NCBI GenBank assembly: GCA_964610385.1
Contig: CAZSXW010000001.1
Location: 84,261 to 148,260, forward strand
From: an uncultured Actinomycetota bacterium
GTDB lineage: Bacteria > Actinomycetota > Humimicrobiia > Humimicrobiales > Humimicrobiaceae
DNA: 64,000 nucleotides
Direction of reading: 5' to 3'
In this document: positions 29,175-39,074 of the stretch, in pieces
Numbering within the stretch: the first letter of the stretch is position 1
Layout: every line of letters begins with the position of its first letter
Translations under genes and position numbers: made by a program
The notes under the pieces: generated by a model
Seen by the model: only the letters and a program-made list of their open reading frames with translations
What the model was told of the DNA's origin: nothing
Databases searched by the model: none

Positions 29175-30266
29175 TCAGGCTTGAGTTCTTTTAATCTTTC
29201 CTGCAATTGCATCAGCAAACTCATCTGTACCTACAGCCGTAGGATCATCCCTGTCGGGCTTCAGATCATAGGTCACATATTTTCCTTCTCTTATATTTTC
29301 CGCAATTGCATTTTCTAGAAGGTCAGCGTGCTCTTTCTCTCCTATGTATTTAAGCATCAATACTGCTGAAAGCATCATTGCAGTGGGATTTACCTTGTTC
29401 TGCCCTTTATATTTTGGAGCGCTGCCGTGTGTCGGCTCGAACAATGCGATATCTTTGCCTATGTTTCCACCGGGAGCGACACCCAGGCCTCCAACCAATC
29501 CAGCAGCAAGGTCAGAAATTATATCTCCATATAGATTTGGCAGGACTATGACATCATAAAGCTCCGGTTTCTGTACCAGCTGCATGCACATATTGTCTAT
29601 GATTCTATCTTCTGATTCTATATCATTATATTCTGACGCAATCTTTTTAAAAATTTCAAGAAACAAGCCGTCGGAATATTTCATTATATTTGCCTTGTGA
29701 ACTCCAGTTACCTTTTTACGGTTATTTTTACGGGCATATTCGAATGCAAATCTGATTATATCTTCCGAAGCGGTAATAGAAATCGGCTTTATGCTTATGC
29801 CGCTGTCGCTTCTTATCCCCTGGCCCTTCTTTTCTTTCACAAAATCAATAAGCTCTTTTGTTTCAGCTTTTCCTTTCTCAAACTCTATTCCTGAATAGAG
29901 GTCTTCTGTATTTTCCCTGATTATTACAAGGTCTATATCATCGTATCTACTCTTGACGCCCAGGTAACTTTTACACGGTCTTACACATGCATATAGATTG
30001 AATAATTTTCTCATAGCCACGTTAACACTTCTAAAACCTACTCCCACAGGAGTGGTTATAGGTCCTTTTATCCCTACCCTGTTTTTCTTAAGGGAGCTTA
30101 TGACACTTTCGGGGAGGACCGTACCCTCTTTTTCATAGATTTCCGCTCCGGCATTGACAACATCCCACTTTATATCAACTCCGGTCGCCTCAACCACTTT
30201 AACCATTGCCCTGGTTATTTCCGGCCCTATGCCATCTCCAGGTATCAGCGTTATGCTATGTTTCAT
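29175..30266 (-). CDS. Isocitrate/homoisocitrate/isopropylmalate dehydrogenase family, ICDH-like substrate loop
   Basis: [16 protein letters not shown]...[37 protein letters not shown]. Confidence 0.88.
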   Translation of the reverse strand: MKHSITLIPGDGIGPEITRAMVKVVEATGVDIKWDVVNAGAEIYEKEGTVLPESVISSLKKNRVGIKGPITTPVGVGFRSVNVAMRKLFNLYACVRPCKSYLGVKSRYDDIDLVIIRENTEDLYSGIEFEKGKAETKELIDFVKEKKGQGIRSDSGISIKPISITASEDIIRFAFEYARKNNRKKVTGVHKANIMKYSDGLFLEIFKKIASEYNDIESEDRIIDNMCMQLVQKPELYDVIVLPNLYGDIISDLAAGLVGGLGVAPGGNIGKDIALFEPTHGSAPKYKGQNKVNPTAMMLSAVLMLKYIGEKEHADLLENAIAENIREGKYVTYDLKPDRDDPTAVGTDEFADAIAGKIKRTQA

Positions 30267-30784
30267 AGATTAAACCCTTTATTTTTAGCAATATGTTTGA
30301 TAAGCCCCCCATCACTTAAGATCTTTATCATTACTTCAGGCAGAGGATTGAATTCTAACTTCAGATTACCTGTCTTGTTATTGATTATCCCTTTCTTTAA
30401 ATCTATCTCCAATATATCCCCATTTTCGATCTTATCAGTATTACATATCAGAACCGGTAATCCTATGTTAATACTGTTCCTGAAAAATATACGGGCAAAG
30501 GACTTGGCAAGCACCGCTCCCACACCAGCTTCTTTTATTACTGTAGGAGCATGTTCCCTGCTCGAGCCGAGACCGAAATTTCTTCCTCCCACCACGAAAT
30601 CACCGGGCTTCACTTTTTTTATAAAATCAGGATCGGCGTCTTCAAGGGTATGCTTTGCAAGTTCAGTTATATCGGACCTCAAATGAAAATATCTTCCTGG
30701 AATGATCAAATCGGTTGAAATATCATCGCCAAATTTAAAACTTTTTCCCACAAGGATATTGGATTTCTTACCTTTTGCCGCCAT
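30263..30784 (-). CDS. 3-isopropylmalate dehydratase/homoaconitase small subunit (LeuD/HacB-type); start refined
   Basis: [38 protein letters not shown]; TAATG coupling with the large subunit. Confidence 0.9.
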   Translation of the reverse strand: MAAKGKKSNILVGKSFKFGDDISTDLIIPGRYFHLRSDITELAKHTLEDADPDFIKKVKPGDFVVGGRNFGLGSSREHAPTVIKEAGVGAVLAKSFARIFFRNSINIGLPVLICNTDKIENGDILEIDLKKGIINNKTGNLKLEFNPLPEVMIKILSDGGLIKHIAKNKGFNL

Positions 30785-32040
30785 TATCCCAAAACCTCCC
30801 TTGGATCTGCGATATAACCTTTCACAGCGCTCCATGCAGCCGTTGCAGGAGAAGACAGATAGATGAATGACTTTGGATTCCCCATTCTCCCTTTAAAATT
30901 CCGATTCTGAGTAGTAAGGCATACCTCTCCGTCACCCAGCACTCCCTGATGCACGCCTACACATGGACCGCACCCCGGAGATTGTATTACTGCTCCGCTG
31001 TCTATAAATGTCTTTATGACTCCCTTATCAAGAGCTTCAATGTAGGTGCGTTTCGAAGCCGGGACTACAATAAGTCTCACACCATCCGCCACTTTTTTAT
31101 CCTTGAGGATATCTGCCGCAATTTTTAGATCACTGAAACGTCCATTGGTACATGTCCCTATAAATACCTGGTCTACAGTGACTTTCTCCAGGTTGCTTAC
31201 AGGTAAAGCATTATCTACAGCATGAGGTTGTGATACCATTGGCTCGATGACCGAACAATCTATATCTATGACCTTCTCATATTTTGCTCCCTTATCAGCC
31301 GTGATTTTTCTGAAGCAACCCTTTCTGCCCTGGCTTTCCAGATATATTTCCGTTATCTCGTCGGAAGGGAAAATACCTGCTTTTGCCCCTGCTTCCACCG
31401 CCATGTTTGAAATAGTGAATCTATCATCTATGCCCAGCCTGGACCCTACCTCGCCGCCGAATTCAAGAGCTTTATAAGTCGCCCCGTCAGAAGTGATTTT
31501 TCCTATCAAATAGATTATTAAGTCTTTGGAAAACACTCCTTTATTTATCTTCCTGTTGAAATTCACTTTAATGGTATCAGGTACCATAAGCCATGTCTTA
31601 GCCAGTATATAACCTACTGCAATATCTGTAGAGCCCATTCCGGTAGAAAAAGCTCCTAAAGCGCCTGAAGTGCAGGTATGTGAATCCGCTCCTATAACTA
31701 TATCGCCCGGACAGGTATAATCTTCCACCAGCAGCTGGTGGCAGATTCCCTCTCCTATATCTCTTAATATTGCTCCCGTTCTGGCAGCAAAATTTCTCAT
31801 AACTATATGAGCATTTGAAAGCTCCTTTTTGGGACTTGGTGCAGCATGATCAATAAAAAAAATTGACTTATCGGGCTTTCTCACCATATCGAAACCTATT
31901 TTTTTAGCCTGGCTTACCGCCAGGGGTCCTGTACCATCATGGGACATGACCACATCAACGTCCACAACTGCAATATCTCCAGCAGCAAGTTCTTTATGGG
32001 CATGCTCGCTTATAATCTTTTCTGAAATTGTCTTTCTCAA
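30784..32040 (-). CDS. 3-isopropylmalate dehydratase/homoaconitase large subunit (LeuC/HacA-type)
   Basis: DH, GICHQ, GADSHTCT, IGTCTNGR, CGPCVG, NRNFKGRMG; TTG start with RBS gaggag. Confidence 0.92.
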   Translation of the reverse strand: MRKTISEKIISEHAHKELAAGDIAVVDVDVVMSHDGTGPLAVSQAKKIGFDMVRKPDKSIFFIDHAAPSPKKELSNAHIVMRNFAARTGAILRDIGEGICHQLLVEDYTCPGDIVIGADSHTCTSGALGAFSTGMGSTDIAVGYILAKTWLMVPDTIKVNFNRKINKGVFSKDLIIYLIGKITSDGATYKALEFGGEVGSRLGIDDRFTISNMAVEAGAKAGIFPSDEITEIYLESQGRKGCFRKITADKGAKYEKVIDIDCSVIEPMVSQPHAVDNALPVSNLEKVTVDQVFIGTCTNGRFSDLKIAADILKDKKVADGVRLIVVPASKRTYIEALDKGVIKTFIDSGAVIQSPGCGPCVGVHQGVLGDGEVCLTTQNRNFKGRMGNPKSFIYLSSPATAAWSAVKGYIADPREVLG

Positions 32041-32051
32041 AAGAGACTCCT

Positions 32052-33206
32052 CTAATTTTGGTTTTTCTTTTTTTTCTTATAATTATTATAGATATACATA
32101 AGTTCCTTATCAAAAAGCGGTCTTTTCAGATCTACCGACATATCTCTTGACAGTCCCAGTATATCATTGGCCTGCTTGTCAGTAAGCTCTATGTCAAATT
32201 CTTTAAACTTATGCAGGATAGTATGAGAACCGGAATGTTTACCAACGACCAACTGCCTGGTCAGCCCCACTTCACTCGGTTTAAATACTTCATAATTTTT
32301 GGGATTTTTGATTACCCCATCCGCATGTATACCCGATTCATGTGCAAATATGTTTGTTCCAACGATTGCCTTCCAGACAGGAATAGCCCTGGACGAAGCT
32401 CTGGAAACATATTCAGCTATTTCTCTGAATTTTGAAGTCTTTATACTCAGTTCTATATTCTCGAGATACTTCAATGCCATTACTATCTCCTCAAAGGCCG
32501 CATTTCCTGTCCCTTCGCCCAATCCACCCACGCTGACTACCAGGCTGGATGCACCTCCTCTTATTGCCGCTATTCCGTTAGCAGTTGCCATGCCGAAATC
32601 ATTATGATTATAAACTTCCAGAGGAAAATCAACAGCACTGACTATAGTGTTTATCAGAAGGAAAGTCCTGAAGGGATCAAACTTACTCACAGTATCACAG
32701 ATCCTAAACCTATACGCACCTTTCTTTCTTGCAATAGAAATAAGCTTTAACAAGAATTCAAGGTCAGCACGAGTAGCATCCTCAGCACTTACTATGAAAT
32801 TAAGATCATTCTGCCTGGCAGCTCTTATGGTCTTTTTCAGTTTGTTTATAACCCAGGTCCTGCTTTTCCTGTATTTTTCTTTGAGATGTATATCTGAAGT
32901 AGATATATTTATAATCACATTTTTAACTCCGCATTGAGCTGCTAACCTTATATTCTCGGGTTCAGCCTCACAGTAGGCAAATATCTTGCATTTAAATTTA
33001 TCTTTCATTATTTCTGTGATTATCTCCCTTTCTATCTTCCCCAGTGAAGGAGTGCCCACTTCAATTTCAGGAACACCTATTTCATCCAGCATTTTGGCTA
33101 TTCTTATTTTTTCGTTTTTGGAAAAAACTACTCCTGCTGTCTGTTCACCATTCCTTAAAGTTGTATCTATGATATTTATATGTCTTTCACTTTTTACTTC
33201 TTCCAT
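32052..33206 (-). CDS. Homocitrate/Re-citrate synthase-like paralogue B (degenerate metal site, intact C-terminal HESGIH lid); start refined
   Basis: DTTLRNGEQ, EVYNHNDFG, GGLGEGTGN, FAHESGIHADG, GKHSG; RBS ggagg before ATG 33206. Confidence 0.85.
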   Translation of the reverse strand: MEEVKSERHINIIDTTLRNGEQTAGVVFSKNEKIRIAKMLDEIGVPEIEVGTPSLGKIEREIITEIMKDKFKCKIFAYCEAEPENIRLAAQCGVKNVIINISTSDIHLKEKYRKSRTWVINKLKKTIRAARQNDLNFIVSAEDATRADLEFLLKLISIARKKGAYRFRICDTVSKFDPFRTFLLINTIVSAVDFPLEVYNHNDFGMATANGIAAIRGGASSLVVSVGGLGEGTGNAAFEEIVMALKYLENIELSIKTSKFREIAEYVSRASSRAIPVWKAIVGTNIFAHESGIHADGVIKNPKNYEVFKPSEVGLTRQLVVGKHSGSHTILHKFKEFDIELTDKQANDILGLSRDMSVDLKRPLFDKELMYIYNNYKKKKKNQN

Positions 33207-34422
33207 CTTTTCCTCCATTTTTATGTACCCTGCTGCCAGTCGATTTTTTCTTGTATGATTTATAAGTATCAACGATCTCATTATCAAAAAGAGCCCTTTT
33301 AAGGGATACTGTTTTACCCCTTATTATTTCAGCCAGTTCTTCCGCCTCTTTCCTGGTTACCTTAAATCCAAGATCCTTCATCTTATAGATTATAGCATTG
33401 ACTCCTGAATACTTGCCTAGTATTATACTCCTCTCCAGGCCTACATCTTTTTCATCGAATAACTCATAAGTTTTAGTATTATTCAATATGCCCGATGCTT
33501 TACTCTCGCTTTCATAAACAAACAATTTACCTCCTACTATCGGCTTCCAGGTAGGAAGGATCCTGTTGGAGGCTTTTGCTACATATTCAGACAGTGACCT
33601 GAAGTGTGCAGTGTTAAAGCCCATATCAACTCCCTCTATATATTTTAAAGCCATAACCAATTCTTCAAAGGCAGCATTGCCTGCTCTCTCACCTAGTCCA
33701 TTAATAGTGGTATTGACATAGGTAGCTCCTGCTTTGATCCCGGCAATAGCATTGGCAATAGCCATTCCGAAATCATTATGGGTATGCATCTCGACATCTA
33801 TTCCGATTATATCAATAATGTCTTTTACCCTTATGAAAGTCTCGAAAGGATCGAGGATACCCAGAGTATCGCAATACCTTAATCTATCAGCACCGGTGTC
33901 TCTTGCCGTTCGTGCAAATTGAAGAAGGAATTCCATATCAGACCTTGAAGCGTCTTCAGCATTCACCGATACATAGAGATTGAATCCCTTGGCATAATCT
34001 ACACAGGTCTTTATGCTTTCCAGAACCCACTCCCTGCTCTTCATAAGCTTGTGTTCAATATGTATATCTGAAGATGATATTGAAATAGCCACTGCATCTA
34101 CGCCGCAATCTATTGAAGCATCTATATCCGATTTTACCGCCCTGTTCCAGCCCAGTACACTACAGTTAAGGTCAAGAGAAGCGATCTTTTTTATAGCTTC
34201 CTTTTCATTTCCTCCCATTGTGGGTATACCGGCCTCAATCTGGTGTACTCCTATTTTATCCAGCATCTTAGCGATATATACTTTTTCATCATTTGCAAAC
34301 ACCACACCTGCGGTTTGTTCCCCGTCTCTTAATGTAGTATCATCAATTTTTATATTCTTTGGGTCAAGTTCTGTACCCGCTTTCTGTGAAAACTCGGTAA
34401 GTAAATTAAGTTCTCTCATCAT
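33187..34422 (-). CDS. Homocitrate/Re-citrate synthase-like paralogue A (intact barrel, degenerate lid)
   Basis: DTTLRDGEQ, HTHNDFG, NGLGERAGN, but FVYESESK in place of FAHESGIH. Confidence 0.88.
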   Translation of the reverse strand: MMRELNLLTEFSQKAGTELDPKNIKIDDTTLRDGEQTAGVVFANDEKVYIAKMLDKIGVHQIEAGIPTMGGNEKEAIKKIASLDLNCSVLGWNRAVKSDIDASIDCGVDAVAISISSSDIHIEHKLMKSREWVLESIKTCVDYAKGFNLYVSVNAEDASRSDMEFLLQFARTARDTGADRLRYCDTLGILDPFETFIRVKDIIDIIGIDVEMHTHNDFGMAIANAIAGIKAGATYVNTTINGLGERAGNAAFEELVMALKYIEGVDMGFNTAHFRSLSEYVAKASNRILPTWKPIVGGKLFVYESESKASGILNNTKTYELFDEKDVGLERSIILGKYSGVNAIIYKMKDLGFKVTRKEAEELAEIIRGKTVSLKRALFDNEIVDTYKSYKKKSTGSRVHKNGGKDGRSKK

Positions 34423-34708
34423 TATCGCCCCTTAAAACACGTAAATATCCATAATATTCCTAAAAAATAGTTAAAAAACACAAATTTTTTAAATTTTTGT
34501 AGTAATTATATCACTTTTTACGAAAAATATGATATTTATAATAAAAAATTCTATTATTTTAAAAATAAGACATCTTTTTTTAAGATTTTCAGCCCTTTTT
34601 ATTAAATAATGCCGGTACATTTTAGGTTTGTTAAGATGAAGTAAAAGAAATATAATTAACTTAGTCCAATATATAAGAAGTATTTAAATACTGAATAAAA
34701 GGTAATAT

Positions 34709-35110
34709 ATGATAAGTATTATTAGTAAACCAAAAAACCGTACAGCCAGAACGATTATATGGATCGCGCGTATACTGGGTTCCATAGCCGGAGCTTTCTG
34801 GGCACTGAGTCTTATTATAAGCACCATACAGGAAATTGGCATGCCCATAACAACCAGAGTCATGATCGAGGGACTAATCCTCACAGGCCTGATAGCAGTT
34901 ATTTTGGCCGGTATTATTGTCGCATGGCGGAATGAAAAAATAGGGGGGATAATAACAACTGTAGCAGCTGCCGCGCTGTGCATTTTCTCTTATATTGATG
35001 CCGGTCATAATAAAATATTTGCTGTGATGATCTCGGGTTTCCCGTTCCTGGTATCGGGCGCATTGTTTTTAACAGGATGGTGGATTTCAAAAACTATCGA
35101 TGTGAAATAG
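34709..35110 (+). CDS. Hypothetical 4-TM membrane protein
   Basis: Four hydrophobic segments, WR.E..GG loop; no family recognised with confidence. Confidence 0.6.
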   Translation: MISIISKPKNRTARTIIWIARILGSIAGAFWALSLIISTIQEIGMPITTRVMIEGLILTGLIAVILAGIIVAWRNEKIGGIITTVAAAALCIFSYIDAGHNKIFAVMISGFPFLVSGALFLTGWWISKTIDVK

Positions 35111-35164
35111 GCAAAAATTCCGCAGCATAAAAATAATAAACTATCGGATAGTAGATCTGGCGTA

Positions 35165-36082
35165 TTGTTTATAGTAAAAATTTTAAAAAACAGAAACTTC
35201 ATTTTTATATTAGCCTTCATCCTGGGATTATCGATAGGCAATTATATAGGATGGGTAAGACACCTGACCCTCCCGGCCCTTGCCATTGTCATGACGGTAT
35301 CAATGACAGAAATCCCATTAAAATCGTTTCTTCCCTTAAAAAGTCTTATAAAACCCGTATTTTTGACCATACTTCTGAATTACTTCGTTTTTGCTGCAGT
35401 TATGCTTGCAATGGCATGGTTTATCATTCCGGAAAAAGAACTCTGGATAGGTTTTGTCATTATAGCTTTTGCTCCTCCTGGAGTAGCCATACCCCCTTTT
35501 ACCAGCATATTGAGAGGAGATGTAAAATTTTCTCTCACAGGAGTAATCGGAGCATATATTGCAGCAGTCATTATCATACCATTGTCAGGCATTATTCTTA
35601 TCGGTCAGAGTTTTATTCAGCCAATCATGCTTATTATTATATTTGCCGAACTTATAGCAGGGCCCTTGATACTATCACAGATATTTATAAGATTAAAAAT
35701 TGATAAATATATACTTAAATTCAGAGGGCCCATCGTTAATTGGGGCCTGTTCATAGTCATCCTTTCGGCCGTAGGTCTTAACCGCAGTGTTTTCTTCAAT
35801 GAACCGAAGACACTTGGGAAAATATCCATTATCTGTGTGGTAACCATTATAGGACTGGGATTCCTGTATGAGATTATAACCAAAAGACTAAAAATCGACC
35901 GCAGGCTCTCCAGCTGCATAATACTTCTGGGAACTATAAAAAACGGAGGTTTTGCTGTTGCCACTTCAATAGCACTTTTTGGGGACAGGGCATCTCTTCC
36001 TGCCGCAATATCGAGCGTTTTTCTGATAATCTTCCTTATTTATTTAAGTTTCCGCGCCAGAAAGACAGGTCGTAAACAATAA
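35165..36082 (+). CDS. Bile acid:sodium symporter (BASS/SBF) family transporter
   Basis: About 10 TM segments; APPGVA...T....GD and GTIKNGG motifs. Confidence 0.75.
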   Translation: MFIVKILKNRNFIFILAFILGLSIGNYIGWVRHLTLPALAIVMTVSMTEIPLKSFLPLKSLIKPVFLTILLNYFVFAAVMLAMAWFIIPEKELWIGFVIIAFAPPGVAIPPFTSILRGDVKFSLTGVIGAYIAAVIIIPLSGIILIGQSFIQPIMLIIIFAELIAGPLILSQIFIRLKIDKYILKFRGPIVNWGLFIVILSAVGLNRSVFFNEPKTLGKISIICVVTIIGLGFLYEIITKRLKIDRRLSSCIILLGTIKNGGFAVATSIALFGDRASLPAAISSVFLIIFLIYLSFRARKTGRKQ

Positions 36083-36169
36083 AATACCGGGGCCAATTAC
36101 AAAACCGACCCCAGCATTTATTTTAATATAAATATAAAAACTTTCTTTCAGACCAGATCGATCAGTCTG

Positions 36170-36397
36170 TCAGCTTCTTCGAAACTCCAGCACCAGCAGT
36201 ATTAAACTTACAATAACAGCCACTCCAAGTGCTGAACCAATAATGTAGATATTCAGATTAGCTAGAAACCCTATTACCTTATTGACCACTTCTTTCCAGA
36301 CAAAAAGATTCATAAATTTATTTACAACAGCCACAACTGAAAATGCGATTATTTTAAGCAATACTAAAATTGTCACTACCTTGTTAAATACGGTCAT
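36170..36397 (-). CDS. Small hypothetical membrane protein
   Basis: 75 aa, two hydrophobic helices, strong RBS ggaggggg. Confidence 0.6.
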   Translation of the reverse strand: MTVFNKVVTILVLLKIIAFSVVAVVNKFMNLFVWKEVVNKVIGFLANLNIYIIGSALGVAVIVSLILLVLEFRRS

Positions 36398-36489
36398 TAT
36401 TCACCCCCCTCCTTAAGTCTTTTCCAGAAGTTCTTCTCGGTCACTGAAATATCTCTATAAATTCTAACTACTACCGATTATAAATTCAA

Positions 36490-37014
36490 CTAATACTTGA
36501 TTATTTGAGGTAATTTTTTAGCCTGCTCAATCCAACCTCTTACCATACTGACTGTAAGAGGTTTACTTAAAATTTTAATACGATCATTTATTCCAATTAA
36601 TATATTTTGAAAAACTTCTGGGTTTCTCTGAGAAAGTTCTGCTACACTGTTTATATTAGCCTCTTTTAAAAGATGAATATGTTCTAGATTTATGCCCCTT
36701 ATACGGATCAGATCCGAAATGCTTATCCATTCAAGGATCAGACTATCACCAATCCCACTAGTATTTACTATTTTCTTTCTCCCCTCAGGGGAAGCACCTC
36801 TTTTCAACAGCTCACCTGAAGATTTTATGCCCAGCTTGGATAGTTTATCAAAATATTCCATGCCTTTATTCTTAGATTTTTCTACTTCGATCAATATATC
36901 TTTTAATTTCGGCTCTTTTATCTTTTTTACTACCCAGCCAATAATAGTAGCTATTACAACCACAATTATCCAGACTATAGCAATGATGCAAAATGTGCCG
37001 CTAACAAACTGCAT
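36490..37014 (-). CDS. DUF4332-like protein with N-terminal TM helix
   Basis: L..LGI.S..ELL..GA...GR, LEW...SDL.RI.GI, L..A.I.SV.EL..RNP, MV..WI.QAK.L. Confidence 0.75.
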   Translation of the reverse strand: MQFVSGTFCIIAIVWIIVVVIATIIGWVVKKIKEPKLKDILIEVEKSKNKGMEYFDKLSKLGIKSSGELLKRGASPEGRKKIVNTSGIGDSLILEWISISDLIRIRGINLEHIHLLKEANINSVAELSQRNPEVFQNILIGINDRIKILSKPLTVSMVRGWIEQAKKLPQIIKY

Positions 37015-37042
37015 TAAAATAAAAAAACCTTCCCTTTATCGG

Positions 37043-37576
37043 CTACTCACCGTAATTTAAATATTTTTTTGCCAGTGGATGATTAATTCTTTTCCATAGA
37101 GTTGCTCCTATAATGGTACCGATAGGAAAACCAAACATAGTTATTACTAAGATTACTCTGGTATAAGGAACTGAGAATGGTTTCCTTTTAATAATTCCTA
37201 CTAAAGGAATTACATAAATTGCTATCCACACACCAAAAACAAGAATCAGTATCATAATACTCTGGGCAACATTCGCGCCAGTCATAACTACTCCCGTAGT
37301 CTCCGGTGAGGTAATGATTATTGGGATAAAAACAACAATATAAAGGGCCAACACTACAATTACAAACCAATATAAAGCTCTTATTCCTCCTAATTGCCTC
37401 CTGCCTTCTTCCAACTCCTGTTCAGGAGTCAAAGTAATAGTCTCGGCAGATGTTTTCAGCTCTCTTACCTGTACACCGCAATACGGACATACAACCGCAT
37501 CTTTTTTTATTGGTTTAGCACAACTGGGGCAGTAGATCTCGTCCGGCTTTTTTTCTTGAATCTTATCATCAACCAT
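37043..37576 (-). CDS. Zinc-ribbon membrane protein
   Basis: CPSC...CPYCG ribbon followed by three TM helices. Confidence 0.7.
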   Translation of the reverse strand: MVDDKIQEKKPDEIYCPSCAKPIKKDAVVCPYCGVQVRELKTSAETITLTPEQELEEGRRQLGGIRALYWFVIVVLALYIVVFIPIIITSPETTGVVMTGANVAQSIMILILVFGVWIAIYVIPLVGIIKRKPFSVPYTRVILVITMFGFPIGTIIGATLWKRINHPLAKKYLNYGE

Positions 37577-37984
37577 TTTAATCTTAACTCCCTCGTTTTA
37601 ATCTTAATATTTTAAATCCATTTATTTTTAAAGTTGTATCAGAGTTATAACAGATAAATTGTCCATCTCCTAACAACCAATTAAAATATCCAAAAAGTAG
37701 GGATTCTATATCCTGTTAAAGCTTCTTAAATGTATTAATGATATTATAATTCTATTACTTTTATTTAAAATTTGAAGTTTTTTTTTGAACTACCATTCAT
37801 TATAGTCAATCAAGGTCGTTAAAATTTCAGGAAAATATCTTTTTTTTGTTCTCACCATAAATTAACTGTACAAAATATTATACTTTCAAGAAATCTATAT
37901 AGCTTTTTAGTCTTTAAGAGTATATAATCATTATATAAATTAGTATATAGTATTTAGCCTAAATATTAGTTATATTTAATTAAC

Positions 37985-38464
37985 ATGGGCCAGAATCTTA
38001 TAGCCTTATTAGGTAAAATCTCAAACAATATTGAAAAAATACTTCATATAAAAACCGATAAAGACAACAATTATAATATTATCGCATCCGGAACTGATAT
38101 AAAAGGCAGAATTTATTCTCCCCACCCTATTAAGATAGAAGGTATTGTAGCAGGAGAAATCATATCAAGAGGAAAACTTGTAATAGGAAGGGAAGGAAAA
38201 GTAAAAGCAAATATCAAAACCAAAAATACGGTAATAGAAGGAAGTTTTATCGGCAACATAATATCAGCAGGAGAAGTTTCAATAACTTCCACCGGTAAAC
38301 TTGAAGGCAATATTATTCAAAGAGATACTTATCTAATAATAAAAGACTGCGGCCTGTTCAAGGGCAATAATATAATTATAGACAATAAGAAAATATTTAG
38401 AATATCCGACAGCGATAAACTCTCAACCATTAGAATAAAACCCAAGAAAATATTAAAATTTTAA
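37985..38464 (+). CDS. Bactofilin (polymer-forming cytoskeletal protein)
   Basis: IIASGTDIKGRI, IKIEGIVAGEI, KLVIGREGKVKANI, VIEGSFIGNI, ITSTGKLEGNI, G.FKG beta-helix repeats. Confidence 0.82.
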   Translation: MGQNLIALLGKISNNIEKILHIKTDKDNNYNIIASGTDIKGRIYSPHPIKIEGIVAGEIISRGKLVIGREGKVKANIKTKNTVIEGSFIGNIISAGEVSITSTGKLEGNIIQRDTYLIIKDCGLFKGNNIIIDNKKIFRISDSDKLSTIRIKPKKILKF

Positions 38465-38523
38465 AAACTTTAATTATATTTTACACGCAAGTTATTTCCG
38501 GAATATAAATTTCCTGTCCTGAA

Positions 38524-39039
38524 TTATAATTTAAGGCTGTCATCTATATCATTAAGCTGGAATTCCTCAAACTCATCTTCTTTCTCTTTTTTATCGGTTT
38601 TGACACTTACTTTTTTCTCTTCACCACTTTTTATTTTGGGTTTTCTCTTACCCATCTTTTTATCCTGACTGATCCTGGTAACCTTTCCGCTGAAAATTCC
38701 TCCCTCATTTATAATCAATGAGTCTGTTTTTATATTACCATCCACCACTCCTGTTTCCGTAATTTCAACTTTATCGGTGCCCTTTAAATTTCCTTCAAAT
38801 TTCCCGACTATTTTGGCACCAACAGTGGTTACATTGGCATTGACAATCCCTTCTTTCTGGATTACCATCTGCCCATCTACTACTAATTCGCCTATAACCT
38901 CACACCCTATCTCTATGGACTGAGAAACATCCAGCTTTCCTTCTATTTTTGCCTTTTTCCCTACAATGGTCAGCAATGTCCTGGATTCTTCCTTATCAAC
39001 AATTCCGCGTTCATCTGAATCCCTGCCTGAAAAAACCAT
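38524..39039 (-). CDS. Bactofilin with charged C-terminal tail
   Basis: TIVGKKAKIEGKL, IGCEVIGEL, IQKEGIVNANV, IVGKFEGNL, ITETGVVDGNI, INEGGIFSG; RBS aggaggg. Confidence 0.88.
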   Translation of the reverse strand: MVFSGRDSDERGIVDKEESRTLLTIVGKKAKIEGKLDVSQSIEIGCEVIGELVVDGQMVIQKEGIVNANVTTVGAKIVGKFEGNLKGTDKVEITETGVVDGNIKTDSLIINEGGIFSGKVTRISQDKKMGKRKPKIKSGEEKKVSVKTDKKEKEDEFEEFQLNDIDDSLKL

Positions 39040-39074
39040 ATTTACCCTCCTTCTAATTTTTTAATATATAGTTA

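Noticed and set aside
32052-34422. nifV as evidence of nitrogen fixation
   Set aside because: No nif genes in the window; the context is a 2-oxoacid elongation operon.
34423-34708. Lysine riboswitch, T-box or leader peptide upstream of the synthase operon
   Set aside because: No conserved riboswitch or T-box sequence; only a weak imperfect AT-rich palindrome.
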